Shown here in pieces: positions 36,421 through 48,265 of a stretch of 64,000 nt of DNA; positions within the stretch are counted from its first letter, which is position 1, and each line of letters opens with the position of its first letter. The position numbers were made by a program, and so were the translations under genes. This stretch comes from Psammoneis japonica (lineage: Eukaryota): assembly GCA_008632985.1 (NCBI GenBank), contig QPGO01000277.1:1-64000 (forward strand), given 5' to 3'. The notes below the pieces were generated by a model, which saw only the letters and a list, made by a program, of their open reading frames with translations, did not search any database and was not told the DNA's origin.

Positions 36421-37935
36421 TCATTTTACACTGTTTTGGTTTTCACAGCAGCAACAAGGACAAGTGTGGCGGCTGTCATTGGAAATGCCAGCAGTTTAGA
36501 ACATCAGTTTAATTGCATCATTCTTACTTCTTAGCACAGCAGTGTCTTTACGTCTTAGTTTCAATCCACAAAACATCGTTGACAACAACACCGCGTAGCC
36601 TCCGCTGTTGGCTACATCGATGCGAGCACGGGCTGCCACCTCGGCACCGCAGTCGGCAGCATCGGCTATCGGCATGCGTGCTGTTCGCACGATCCTGAAA
36701 ATGCGAGAAAAACAGGGGAAAATGAAAATTTCGATTTTTCACGCAACTCCCTGTGAGATTGTTTTGGGGTCCGAACAAATTCTGCGAAGTCATTGCAACG
36801 GAAAATCTGGAATCTGGACCCCACACAAATGCATGCAGGGTGTGTGCAGACCATGCCGGGCCCACTTTTACCATGCCGGGCCAACAGAAGGGTTCTTCAA
36901 AGACGCACTGGTTTGGCCAATTTTGGCAAAAACCAACCCCAGTTTTAGCCGAACACAATTGAAAATCTGTGCTTTTCAAAAATCTGCAACTGTTTCTGTG
37001 GACCCCTTGAAAATCTGCAAGAAATCTGAGCCCCAAATCTGTGCCACAGATTTTCCATGACAATCACGGTGCATTTTTTGCGTGATCCGCTGTTTCAAAG
37101 ATCAGCTGATTTGTCGACCTGTGTGGGAGTCTTGAGTCAGTCACATGCCAGCAGCAAAATTTCAGCATCAAAGTTGGGTGAATGTGGAGCAATTGAGTCA
37201 TTTGACGAGCAGAAGCAGAGGCAACAATGAAATGTTGACAGCACTTCAATGCCCAATTGACTGGCCCCACCTCAGAATGAAGCAAAATGGCTGCAAAACA
37301 CAGATGTCACTAAAAGCGTTGTTCTGTTTTGCAACATCGCAGCTGCCAGATTCGTCCAGTGGCTTCTCAACCCCCATGCACCCTCACAACTGAGTGCAGA
37401 ATCATTCTTTTGTTGGCGCCAATGTTTGATGCTTGTGTGCGACCCAAAAGCACAGTCCATGCCAACACTCAAAGTGCACTCAACCCATCATAAAAAGCAC
37501 ACTGACACACCACAATGACGTGTGATGTTGCTTGCATCAAGCATCAATTCAACAGAGCCTTGCATTTTGAACAACACTGCACTGCAATCTGAGGATGAGC
37601 AAAAGAGGCATCAAAAATGTCGTGAGACGAAAGGCTGTCCAGAAGACACAACAAACGGCAAACATCAAAATTTCAGCCACATCATTGCATTGAGCTTAGT
37701 CTCATTGACCCATTTTGCCATTCTTGTCTTCTTTGACATTGCGGATGTTGGTGTGAGGATGGTTGAGTTCATGGCGGTGGCATGGGGCCATTTTTGATGT
37801 GCACAATTTGTGGATGAGACATGAAAAAAAGACAGCATCGCACGGGAGCTCAAAAATTGCACGCGACTGTGGTGCAAAAAGTGCGTGCCACAGAGAAATG
37901 CACAGAAAACCTCGCGCATTGTCCCCGAGTGACCC

Positions 37936-40184
37936 CAGGGACACAAATGTCCAGTCAGATGGGATGTGACACGTGGCACAAAAAAATGGGCCCTTTGCGT
38001 TGATTTTAAGGTTTGTCCACATGTTCGTGCACAAACAAAATTTCAATGTTCAAAATTGACATGGGCAATCCCTTTGATGGGCCAAAAGTGAGGGAAACTG
38101 AGTCTCAACGCACACGCACAGCTCACACTGACATGATGCCACATTGCCATCATTCTGCTGTTTTCTCCTTCGTGATTCCACTGTTGCTCTCCCTTGTGGT
38201 CACATGCCGATGCACTCACTTCTCCATTGGCTTGTCATGAGCAAATGCATTTTGCAAATGCCATTGTGCTCCTCTTGCTCTTCCATTTTGTTGCTTCTTG
38301 TGGTGTGTGAGCATTTTCTGAATGCCTCTCATGTTGCTGCATTGCATTGCATTGGATGCATCAAATTTTGCCATGCCCCTCATTGCATGTGTGCGTCTTC
38401 CTTTTTCTCTTTTCAGCTGCTCATTGAAACTTGTGCACAAGAAACTCATGTGAAAGCGACCAAATCGACAACGCAACTCGGTTCCTCCAGAAATGCCACA
38501 TCATGAAAAAGCAAATCCGAGCGACTTTCAGCATCCATCGCAGGAGTGGCGTGCATGACATGCACCAGCACTGAAGCAAGAGGGTGCACATCTGGTGTCT
38601 CTTTCATTTGTTGCTGCACCCCACAATGCGCCCCCAATTTTTTGGCTCTGTTTCTTCTCCTCAGGCTTGGTTTCCTGCATCTGTGGCAAACAGCAGTTCC
38701 CGTCTGCTGGCACTTAGATTGGCGGGGTTCTTGACATGTTTTGCATCTGGCATCTCTTTGTTGCAGTGCCCCATCCAATGCAATTCTAAATTTTAATTCC
38801 GTTTCTTCACCTTGGGTTTTGCATCCACGGCCTTCACCTTTTCCTTCAGCTCTTGCCAAAAAGCTGTCAAGCTTTCTTTCTTGCCTCCATGCTGGAAGTT
38901 GAGGGATCGATGCCGCTTGAGAGCAAAGGCAACACAAGCATGAAATGTCTTCAGCACTGCCTCTTTCAGCAGTGGAGTGGCGACACTGTCATCATTTTGT
39001 TTGGCAAGTGTTTGAAATGCAGCCAGCCAGTTTGGCATTTTCGACAGAGCACATTCTTGTGCAATCTTTGCTGCTTCATTTCCTTTTTCTGATGTTTTCT
39101 TTTCATCAACATTCACGGCAACTTCATGGACAATCTCACGTGCAAGCACAACACAAGAGTTGGGTGCATCAAAGCAAGTCACCCTTTGTTGAAGAAGTGA
39201 TCTTCCACTCAGCAGCATCTTTCCAAATGCACACAGTTGCTCACAATGTCTGCTTCCATTGCGCTCATCATGCAATTCAGCATCCTCCACCTTTCCTTGT
39301 CATGAGCACAGGCAGCATTGTCCTTGTCATCATCAGAGAGCTTTGACATTGAGCTGAACAGAGCCCCTCCCACAAAGCGGCAGCTGGGTGTTTGGCGGCA
39401 GTGGCACAACGGAGCTCTCAAATTCTGGAGAAGAGAGCCTCGACATCAGACTGATTGGGGTGCAGTGCTGGCATGAACTTGGGTCCATTGTGAAGATTCA
39501 AAACTGCTCTTGCGTGGGAAAAGAACAAAGTGCAATTCCAACATTGCAGGCTCTGCCATTTCATGTCATTCTTGCTGCACTGGAGGTTGTTTCAAGCTGC
39601 TTTGCACTCGTGAGCTGAGCAGCTCCACACTGGGTTGGGCACACTTTCCTCATCACCATTGTCTTTGTCATCCCGCAGCTTCTTGGAATCAGCTGCTGGT
39701 GCAGAGCACTTTTGGCTGAACGTTCAGCAGCCCACCCAGGTGCACTTTGTTTGTGTCTTCTCTGGAATCAATGCCATCCGCTTCTCCCACCAACACAAGG
39801 GGAGTTTGTGCATCACACTTTCTGTCCAAATTTTGCCTTGCTCTTCAAGGACGCTCTTGAACAGACTTGGCAGTTCTCCGCAGATGCAGGTTAAATGATC
39901 AGACACCATGGTTGATGCAGTTGGTCGGGCAAGAAGTGAGCTTGTCTTTTCTCTTGCACGATGTCCACTTGTGTTGGTGCTGTGTCAAAGCGTGTTGTTT
40001 GATTTTTTGTTTTCCCTCACTTTTGGCCTGTCAAAGGGATTGCCTGTGTCAATTTTTAACACTTGATTTTTGTTTGTGTGCCCATGTTGGACAAACCCTG
40101 AAATCAATGAGAAAGGCACAAGACCCCCCTGCAGCCGCCACGTGGGCATGTCACATCCCATCTGACTGGACATTTGTGTCCCTG
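37936..40184 (-). mobile_element. DNA transposon with ~165-bp imperfect TIRs and an 8-bp TSD (P-element- or hAT-like), degenerate
   Basis: Termini cagggacacaaatgtccagtcagatgggatgtgaca / tgtcacatcccatctgactggacatttgtgtccctg; flanks agtgaccc (37928-37935) and agtgagcc (40185-40192); internal minus-strand motif NQSDVEALFSRI* (~39460-39418). Confidence 0.85.
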
Positions 40185-40913
40185 AGTGAGCCACCTGGGT
40201 TGAAAACACATCCAAAACCTGTGCGCAAAACAAAAAGTTCCTTCTTCCCCATGGTGGCACACACACACGAAAAAAGATTGAAGAAAAAGTCATTTTTGCA
40301 TTTTTGCAGCCAATCTCTGGTCTTTTTGAGCCACTGGACACAAGTCAAGCTGTTGTTTGCTGTCCCTTTTACCAAGTTGGTCAGGCTTTGGCTTTGGGGG
40401 TTTCCATCCTCCATTGGCAGGGGGGGGGAACTGCCGAGGCAGCAACGCGAAGCTTCTCAACACACACCCGCAGAAGCGCGCTGCCCACAATGACAGCCAG
40501 AAGGTTCAACCCCTTTCAAAAACACACAGAAGTGGCTCTCACATTGTCGCTTTTGCTTGTCTAAACCTGCACCGGAATGAGGTGCTATCTTGGCTGTCAT
40601 TTTGCTCGTCGTGCAAAATCTTCTTTGGACTCTCGACTTGTTTGAGTTTCGAGGGAAAACTGTTAAAAATCCATGTTTTTGTCTTTCTTCTTTTTTCAAT
40701 GTATTTCGTGAAAATGAAAAGGAACACGCTACTCCCATTTTTTGAGACATCGATTCCTCTTTCAGAGCATTGTCACGTGTCAATTATGAAGAAACATCAA
40801 ACTTGAAGGAATCTCTCTTTTATTTCTTTTTTGCGGTGTGCGTGTGCCGATGAAACGTGCAACAACCGACGGGTCTGGCAGAACACACCAACAACACAAA
40901 ATCGTTCAACACC

Positions 40914-42601
40914 ATGACGACGGAAGCAGCCGAAACAGCCATACTCAAACACCTATCGTCCTCCCGGAGGCCACGATTGAGGATACCTTTGTATGGTCCG
41001 GAGGAAACAAGCTCGATCATATTGTCGTGGTGGGAGCCGTCAAGAGTCTCATGGCCGACGAATACGTCGCGGCCAGCAATCTGGAAATGAGCTTTTACAC
41101 GCTTTCCAAGGAAGCTCAAGATATTATCGAGAATGGTTCTCAAGAAATGATCGTACTAAAGGCTGTATCCGAAGCGGGTAAAATAAGCATGAAGGATTTA
41201 CAGAGCAAGGTAGGAAAAAACGTTGCGAAAATTGGAATGGGAAACTGCATGAAGTCCAAGTGGATCAAGAAGGAGGGAGCCGATCTGGTTCCAATCAAGC
41301 AAGCTGATGAAGTTGAAGATGAAGTTCAAGCAGCCTTGAAGGGATTGTCGAACGCAGATGGGAACCCTGACGCCATTGACGACAAGGTGAGTTTTTCGGG
41401 CCGCAACAGGTCCCTTCTGTAAAACAACGGTATTTTGACTAATCATATTGTTGAATTTCCGCAGGTTCTCGCGGGTCTCAAGCGTAGAAAGCTTATCAGT
41501 CTCGTCACTAGAAAGTCATATCACATCTCTCGAGGCCCCTCGTATGCCATAGAACGGGTGAAAAAGGCTGCAGATCTTACAAAGGAAATGTTAGATTTGG
41601 GTTCTTGGGAGACGACTCCCTTCAAACCGTACAACTTTGCGACTCTTGGCGAAAAGGTGGGAGGAGGCTACTTGCATCCGCTCTTGAAGGTTCGAGCCGA
41701 GTTTCGAAAGATTCTCATGGAGATGGGATTCCACGAAATGCCCACAAACAAGTGGGTCGAGTCGTCCTTTTGGAACTTTGACAGTCTCTTTCAGCCGCAG
41801 TCTCACCCCGCCCGTGATGCGCACGACACCTTTTTCATCAAGGAACCCGCCAGCACCTTGTCTGTACCAGAAGAGTACTATGAGCGAGTCAAGGACATGC
41901 ATGAACGCGGTGGATCTGGATCTATCGGATATCGTTATGACTTCAAGAGAGAAGGTGAGTTTTAGAGTTTGGTAAGGAGCGTGTTTGCAGTCGTTGTTGC
42001 AGTGTGAATCTAAATAGCTTCGCCTCTGCGTATCATTAATCGTTACACAGAGGCTATGAAGAACTTGTTGCGAACACACACTACGGCAATTTCTTCGCAG
42101 ATGCTCTACAAGCTTGCCAACCAAGAGGGTGGCTTTACCCCGCAACGGTACTTTTCGATTGACCGCGTCTTTCGCAATGAGACCATGGACGCAACTCACT
42201 TGTGCGAGTTTCACCAAGTCGAGGGCTTGGTTGCCGACTATGACTTGTCGTTGGGAGATTTGATTGGAACCATTGAAACCTTTTTCAAAAAGATTGGAAT
42301 CACACAGCTTCGCTTCAAGCCAGCCTTCAACCCGTACACGGAACCGTCCATGGAGATTTTTGGTTACCACCCAGACTTGAAAAAGTGGACAGAGATTGGA
42401 AACTCGGGAATGTTTCGGCCGGAAATGTTGGCGCCCATGGGCCTCCCAGAAAATGTGCGAGTGATTGCTTGGGGTCTCTCGTTGGAACGTCCCACCATGA
42501 TCAAGTACCGAATCAAGAACATTCGTGATTTATTCGGACACAAGGTGGACATGGCGAGAACGCGTACCGCACCCATTTGCAGGTTCGAGGCGGCTGAGTA
42601 G
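40914..42601 (+). CDS. FARSA: Phenylalanyl-tRNA synthetase alpha subunit, cytosolic (3 exons)
   Basis: [69 protein letters not shown]. Confidence 0.97.
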
Positions 42602-42735
42602 ACTGGGAGGACGTCTGTTGATGTGCAATGATTGCGAAATGCTGTATTTTGTTTCCGGACAATATTGTGTTTTACTAGCAAGTACTTGTTACTTCTTTTG
42701 TCATTCTTCGTCTGCACAATTAATTATGGCACTCC

Positions 42736-45700
42736 TTATCTAAGAACTCTAACAGTAACAATCTTATGTGCAGGCACTCTGAGGTGGTAGCTATCACCGT
42801 CAAGCGTCAACTTTTCTAGAACCTTTTCGTTTAGGTCCACAAGTTGGACGAATCGAACATCGTGACCAAGCTTGAAACGAAGCGCGTTCGCTCCACCAGC
42901 AACCTCGTGTAGTCGAACGAGGAAGCCGTCTTCAGTGCGACTTGGCATGACCCAACTGGGTGCGACACTACCAAGGCCCTCAAACATAATTGGCGCTTTG
43001 GCGGGACTGGCATTGCGAAGGATCACGGCTGGGGTGAATAGCTCGTCTGCTTTGCAGGCCGTACTCATTCGATTACAGCCGCCACTTTCATCTCTATGTG
43101 GTGCCAACGCGAATCGGATACTGTGACAGCCCTTGTCGGCGACAGGGTCGGGCATTGTGGGGCTTCGCAGCAAAGAGACGCCGATGCACCCGTCCTTGAC
43201 GCGAAACCCGTACTTGGCTTCCGTGATCACTGACAAACCCCGATTTCGTCCATCAAGTACGGAAGCCCAACGGCTGCCGGGAACCTCCCATTGAGCCTCT
43301 TCCGATGCGCCTCGTTCAGTCTGAATGCGGTCAATCGACCCAAAGGGAGCACCGAACCGAGCGAACTCACCACGACATGCAGTCTGCAGCTCATAACGGA
43401 GTGTTTTGTTTGTTTCTTGCCAATCCACATCACACTCGACCTTCAGAACTTCGCTGTTGGCTTCAAGAATATAACGAACTACCATTGTACTCTTTTCACC
43501 CACACTACAGCTCCCTTCCAGGACACCCATGACAGGACCCGATGTTTTCACAGCCAAGTTTAGCGGCTTACCCATAGTCTTCATCCAAACGACATGATGA
43601 TCCATATCCCAGGCGTCATAGGCTGCAGGGTTGTCATCATGCAACACAAAAGAACCGCTTCTTTCGATCTTCAGGTCCTCCCCATCGACCTTCATTGAGG
43701 TGAGGCAACCTTCTGCATTAAAATCAGCTCGAAGCACGCCATTGTCCAGGCTGCTTGGTGTGGCTGTAACAACTGTCATGCGAAGGTCGTCGTCAATCGA
43801 CTCGTCCTTCAAAGTAAATGGTTCAGCGCAAATACCTGGCAACAACACCATTGAGAGCACTTTGTCTTGGACGACTTGTGTTGGACATGATTTGCCGTCG
43901 TGATCAGTAATGCCATTTACAGAACTCGGTAGCTCCACGACGGCACGACGATCCCAGGCAAGTGGGTTGGCAATGACAAATCCTGCATCGCCACAAGTCC
44001 ATTCCTCGATAGCAGCTTTCATGTTTGTACTGGCAATGTTTTCCAGCTCTGGGTTTAGTTCCTTGTAGACGGTGTTGATGGAGCTTCCAGGCGTTGCGTC
44101 GTGAAAGTGAGCAAATAGGTAGCGAAGCCAAGCATCCGGTGGGAGGGGTCCTGCACCGTTCAGAACACGAAATGCCTCCCGCGTCTGTAGAGCTCTTTCA
44201 CATGCACGTAGCAGTGCTTTAAAGCTGGACTGGGTGGTGTGCACGCCACGATGATACTCTAAGAAGAGTTCACCTCGGTACATGGGCAACTCGTCACGAA
44301 CGGTGTTGAGACGAGAAAAGAAATCTTCTACCGTAGTCCAGTTGGACCGTGGCGCGCCAGACAAGTTTCGAAGCCTCTTGGCTCGCTCACAATGATCCTC
44401 CGTTAGACCTCCACCTCCGTCACCAAAACCAGAGGCACAAAGTAGTTCATTGTGAACGTCAGCCTGCCTGTAGCTACGCTGAGCTTCTACGGCTTCGGTT
44501 AGTCTGACGTGACAATTGTACCCTGCAACGGCCAAATGTGTCAAGATTTCCGACCCATCGGGGCTTTTCCAAAGGAAGGAGTTATGCGGAAATCGCGTGA
44601 TTGTCGACCAGAGGATCTTGGTGGTGAAGAAATTCTTGATACCAGCCAAAGAAAAGAGCTGAGGGAGACATTGGCTATATCCAAAGACGTCTGGGATCCA
44701 GACGGTGGTCGATGGCTCTCCACGGACTGCTTGAATTCGCTCCTGTCCATACACGAGAGACCGGGCCAGCCCTTCACCAACAGGGATCTGTGTATCAGCC
44801 TCCACCTCGAGCCCCCCGGTGAATTCGAACTGACCGCTCACAATGCGGCTGCGGATTTCGGATGCTTGTTCAGGTTCGTGGGCGTCAACATGATAGAAAA
44901 GAGGTGGCTGGCTCATGGTGAAAGTCATTTCGGGATATCGCTCCATGAGCCGCAACATGGTAGAGTAAGTGTGTATTGCCTTTTGATATGTAACGCGTTC
45001 TGGCCAGAGCCAGACAAGGTCCATATGCGCATGTCCCACGTAGCTCACAGTCATGGCCGTAGGATCAGCGGGGAAGTCGTCGTAAATAGCCTTTAGTGCT
45101 GGGGCCAATTGAGATAGTCCATGGAGGTCAAACAAGTCACAAGCGTCTGACAGTCTCTTCAACATTCGACGCAGCCGAGGGTCAACGGTATCTAGTGGCT
45201 GGTAGTATCCATTCTCCGTCTTGAGTGGTATCTCTTCTTTCTGATACTCATGCTCTACCCACTCAATCAGCATGTTCAAGTCATGTAGCACTTGGAAAGC
45301 TCTTTCATCTCGAACTTCAAGGTCGCATTTGAAGAACCGAAAACCATGTTCATCAGGAGGATCCAATCCAAACCAAAATCCAGTTTGCCACTGCCCACCG
45401 TCAATCCACAAGGTGAATGGTTCTTTGCAGGCTGGAAGGTAACATCTAGGATGACATGGGTCAATTCCACACCACGGTTTCCCGTTCCAGTAGACAGTAA
45501 ATTCACCATGAGCAACAAAATGCAGGAAAAAATCGTTTCCACATTCGGGAAGCTCTACTCTAAACCAACGATGCGTCCAAGGAAATTCTTGGTGCGGTCC
45601 AGCTGTGGCTGGGCTGAAGCAATCTCCAGGAGAAATCCTTTTAAAAGAAGATTCTTGTTGCTCAGCCAGACGAATCGGAATGTGTACTGAATGGCATGGT

Positions 45701-45819
45701 CCAATCGAAACTGGAAGTGGTCCCTTGCTTTCATATACTAGCTTTGCGACACGCTTCCGGAGATGGATTACTCGCGGATAAATGAGCTGGGGGAGCGGCG
45801 TCGATGTTTGTCGCGTCAT
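42736..45819 (-). CDS. Glycoside hydrolase family 38 alpha-mannosidase (cytosolic/bacterial type), intronless, 1027 aa
   Basis: GHAHMDLVWLW, WIPDVFGYS, FGDGGGG, GELFLEYHRG, FHDATPGSSI, SLLRSPTMPDPVADKG; no signal peptide. Confidence 0.95.
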   Translation of the reverse strand: MTRQTSTPLPQLIYPRVIHLRKRVAKLVYESKGPLPVSIGPCHSVHIPIRLAEQQESSFKRISPGDCFSPATAGPHQEFPWTHRWFRVELPECGNDFFLHFVAHGEFTVYWNGKPWCGIDPCHPRCYLPACKEPFTLWIDGGQWQTGFWFGLDPPDEHGFRFFKCDLEVRDERAFQVLHDLNMLIEWVEHEYQKEEIPLKTENGYYQPLDTVDPRLRRMLKRLSDACDLFDLHGLSQLAPALKAIYDDFPADPTAMTVSYVGHAHMDLVWLWPERVTYQKAIHTYSTMLRLMERYPEMTFTMSQPPLFYHVDAHEPEQASEIRSRIVSGQFEFTGGLEVEADTQIPVGEGLARSLVYGQERIQAVRGEPSTTVWIPDVFGYSQCLPQLFSLAGIKNFFTTKILWSTITRFPHNSFLWKSPDGSEILTHLAVAGYNCHVRLTEAVEAQRSYRQADVHNELLCASGFGDGGGGLTEDHCERAKRLRNLSGAPRSNWTTVEDFFSRLNTVRDELPMYRGELFLEYHRGVHTTQSSFKALLRACERALQTREAFRVLNGAGPLPPDAWLRYLFAHFHDATPGSSINTVYKELNPELENIASTNMKAAIEEWTCGDAGFVIANPLAWDRRAVVELPSSVNGITDHDGKSCPTQVVQDKVLSMVLLPGICAEPFTLKDESIDDDLRMTVVTATPSSLDNGVLRADFNAEGCLTSMKVDGEDLKIERSGSFVLHDDNPAAYDAWDMDHHVVWMKTMGKPLNLAVKTSGPVMGVLEGSCSVGEKSTMVVRYILEANSEVLKVECDVDWQETNKTLRYELQTACRGEFARFGAPFGSIDRIQTERGASEEAQWEVPGSRWASVLDGRNRGLSVITEAKYGFRVKDGCIGVSLLRSPTMPDPVADKGCHSIRFALAPHRDESGGCNRMSTACKADELFTPAVILRNASPAKAPIMFEGLGSVAPSWVMPSRTEDGFLVRLHEVAGGANALRFKLGHDVRFVQLVDLNEKVLEKLTLDGDSYHLRVPAHKIVTVRVLR

Positions 45820-46133
45820 GGTATATCTTTGCCTGCCATCATCAGCCTAATCATCAGCTGCTCTATCTATCAGTTCATCAGCTGCAACACTCGTGACTGA
45901 TTGACACACGACTCACTCTCGCCTACCGCCGCCAACAACCGACAATAACCGACTTCGAGACTTTGAGACTTTGACCATCAGAAAATAAAAGATGACGACA
46001 TGCAACGATGATGATAGGTCCAGCCGTAGTTGTTGAGCGTAATAGTCGAGCGACATATTAGAGATAGAACGATCATTTCCTATTTTCTTTGCTGATCTGC
46101 TGCCTGCTCTCGGTACAGCAAGTTTTGTAGAAA

Positions 46134-47794
46134 ATGTTGCTGCGCCATTCGGTGATGATGGCCCAGGTCACAAAGATGGTTGCAGTTGTGCCAGGATTGT
46201 GCTGGGCTCTTTCATGTGGGCCCAAGAGCTCCATGAGACCGTCTCTTTTTTGGACTACTCGCTCCTTGGAATTTCCAAGAAGCGCACAACTACGGATGGG
46301 GAGAATGACGACGTCAACAGAATTCGTGGAAGAAAATCTTGCAGATTCTGTTTCGGTCGAAGGTCGTTTTCTTATTCACTGGAAGTAAGTTTTTGGGAAG
46401 GGAGATGCTTTGTCACAAATACTAGTGTGTATCTAATGTCTATAAATCTGCAAACATTTTGTTTTGTAAAGAGGCGAAGATGTGGAGGGTTACAGCATGC
46501 AGTTTCGACACATTGAATTCTGTGGTGCATTGTCTGCCGTGTTGCAGAATCCGCCGAAGAGTCGATTGCCGGTTGAATTTAGCAACGCCTTGAGTTATAG
46601 TGGAGGGGAGTTATGACAGACTTGAAAGTTACATGTTTCAATGAAGCAATGCAATACGTCGATATGCCAAACCTGTCAAAGGACGCCTTGATGGAAGCTG
46701 CGAAACGTTGCTCCTTGATTCACGCCGTGTACCAAATTGTGGCAGATGGAAAGGATTACTCTGAATTTGCACCACTCGTCAGGAAAATGGGAGCTTTGAT
46801 GACATGATGATGGGCGGCAACCATGAAAAATATACTTGGTGTGTCCGCGTCAGACGCTACGGTGAAATCACTGGTGATCCCAAGGAAAAGAGATACGGTG
46901 CAAGAGCCAGATCGATGAAGCTGGAAAGAAAAGCGTTGAAGGCATTGAAACCGCTCCTACTTAAATTCGGAGGAAAAGTTCACCTCGAAAATCCAGACTG
47001 TAAAATTTACGTGTTTGATGGCTTGAAAGGGGGAAAGAAGGTTCTTGCGAGGAGAATAGTCTCTGGTCCGAGGGTAAGCAACCGCATAGAGAGTGTTTCG
47101 TTTCTTTGCGCTTACTTTCGCTCACTTCTTCGATGTTCGATTTTGTATCTAGACATCTATCATTGCTCCAAAGACGAGAATATGCGAAACAAACACTCCG
47201 CTTTGTCCCATTGCCGCCTTTTCGTTGTGTAATGTTGCCGAACTACGAAATGAACACGCCGTGCTTGACCCTTTTGCAGGATCGTGCGCAACCCTGCTTG
47301 CTGCTGTCATGATTGCACCTGGATCCAAGACTGTTGGGATTGAAATTGCTCACAACGGCTTGGTCAATAGAGACGATATCCGCAAGGACTTTTCCACACG
47401 GGGATTGACCCTCCCTGTGGATCTTATTCACGGTGACTCCAGCAGCCAAGTCGTCCGTGACAAGGCAAGGCGTGCAATCGGGAACCGACCATTTGACGCA
47501 ATCGTGACTGATCCACCTTATGGGATCCGTGAGAGTAAGAATTCCAACACGGAATCTCCACTCGTGGAATTGTTTCGTGGAATTGCTTTTGACCGTCAAC
47601 AGGGTAAGCCACTGTTGCGAGTAGGGGGGAAACTGGTAACGTTCGTACCGTGCCAGCATGAGGAAGAAGAGCTGAGCGAGTGCATGCCAACGAAGGAACA
47701 AACTAGAGAAGCTGGACTTCGATTGGATGAAATGCGGGAGCAACCTCTTAATGACAAACTCAGTCGGTGGCTTGTAGTGTACACCTGTGTCTAG
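46134..47794 (+). CDS. SAM-dependent RNA methyltransferase, TRM11/TrmG10-like (multi-exon, frameshifts)
   Basis: SIIAPKTRICETNTPLCP, VLDPFAGSCATL, FDAIVTDPPYGIRE; start uncertain. Confidence 0.78.
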
Positions 47795-48265
47795 AGAGTA
47801 GCGTAGTGTTTGACCTCTATTCCTGTGCTGCCCACTGGAAGATAATCATTCTTTTTCTTACGGAGACTTTGTTCAACAGAGGCAAAGTAGGATGCGTGTG
47901 CGAGTGGTCTACCTTGAGCAGACCTTTCCATCTTCTCTATTAGTCCTACAATAAAATAGGAATTTATTAGCCCTCTTTTATTTAGTCTGAACGTCAAGCC
48001 GTCGCGCGTGAGAGCTCTTTGGCTTTGATGGTATCTACGTAGCCTTTGGTATTAGTTCTACGTACGCAAGACTTCGGGTCGGTGAAAAATGCCGGTGAAG
48101 TGACTCCGTAGGAGTTGGTATCATCTTTACGTAGAATTGGATGCGCGACGATACAACGCACTGTGGCGGAGCCAACAACACACCGGTCACTGCACACGCG
48201 CACAGAGAGGACGGCAAACACCCAAAGGTTGCTGCCGCCACTACCGTTCTTTAGCAACCTCTACA

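Larger units (their letters stand above)
32997..36751. mobile_element. PIF/Harbinger DNA transposon (~3.75 kb) with ~55-bp TIRs and two divergent ORFs
   Basis: Left TIR gggggttgcatgaaaaatcaaaattttcattttcccctgtttttcacgtgttttca (32997-33052) matches the reverse complement of 36696-36751; encodes a DDE transposase and an accessory ORF; TSD not cleanly resolved. Confidence 0.9.

Noticed and set aside
32560..37100. An outer Tc1/mariner-like element starting cagtggagcacgcggg
   Set aside because: No matching inverted terminus or TSD found; only a weak direct similarity between ~32590 and ~37064.
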